A stretch of 64,000 nt of DNA from Lama glama (Eukaryota), in the NCBI GenBank assembly GCA_028534125.1, contig CM052816.1:9116001-9180000 (forward strand), in the 5' to 3' direction. Below, one piece after another: positions 63,845 to 64,000 of this stretch. Every line of letters starts with the position of its first letter. Position 1 is the first letter of the stretch. The position numbers were made by a program, and so were the translations under genes. The notes beneath the pieces are model-generated. The model ran no database searches and was not told the origin of the DNA. It saw nothing but the letters and a program-made list of their open reading frames with translations.

Positions 63845-64000
63845 GAACCAAGAAGGACTTACAACACTGTGGAAAACCCTGTAACATGTTTTCTCAGCTT
63901 TCAGGTATATTACTTCCTTATCCAACCGTGTTAATGCTTTGAAACCTAATATTGCTTTTATCCTTTTCTTATTTGCTCTTTCATAATTTTAAGATGTCTT

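Overview
This window is mammalian genomic DNA, most likely camelid, because it carries two Vic-1-type tRNA-derived SINEs. It holds essentially the whole SH3TC2 gene (SH3 domain and tetratricopeptide repeats 2, the CMT4C gene) on the + strand, from the ATG at 4916 to the TGA at 60807-60809. Sixteen of the 17 expected coding exons are visible, all with GT-AG boundaries and consistent phases. The expected 123-nt exon 14 is not visible and probably lies in the 100-N gap at 56435-56534. The introns carry ordinary L1, L2, MIR, hAT and LTR relics. The most unusual element is a ~1-kb CpG-rich insert in intron 1 (13075-14072). I read it as an L1-mediated retrocopy of the 5' external transcribed spacer (5'ETS) of the 47S/45S pre-rRNA. 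It starts at the conserved motif just downstream of the A'/01 cleavage site, ends near the A0 site, has an A-tail and a target-site duplication (TSD), and splits a MER5-type element. It therefore looks like a genomic fossil of an excised, adenylated rRNA-processing by-product. Other points of interest are an internally deleted L1 with both termini, an antisense solo LTR, a SOX10 dimer site and an overlapping upstream ORF. All comparisons to human sequence and repeat consensuses are from memory, not computed alignments.
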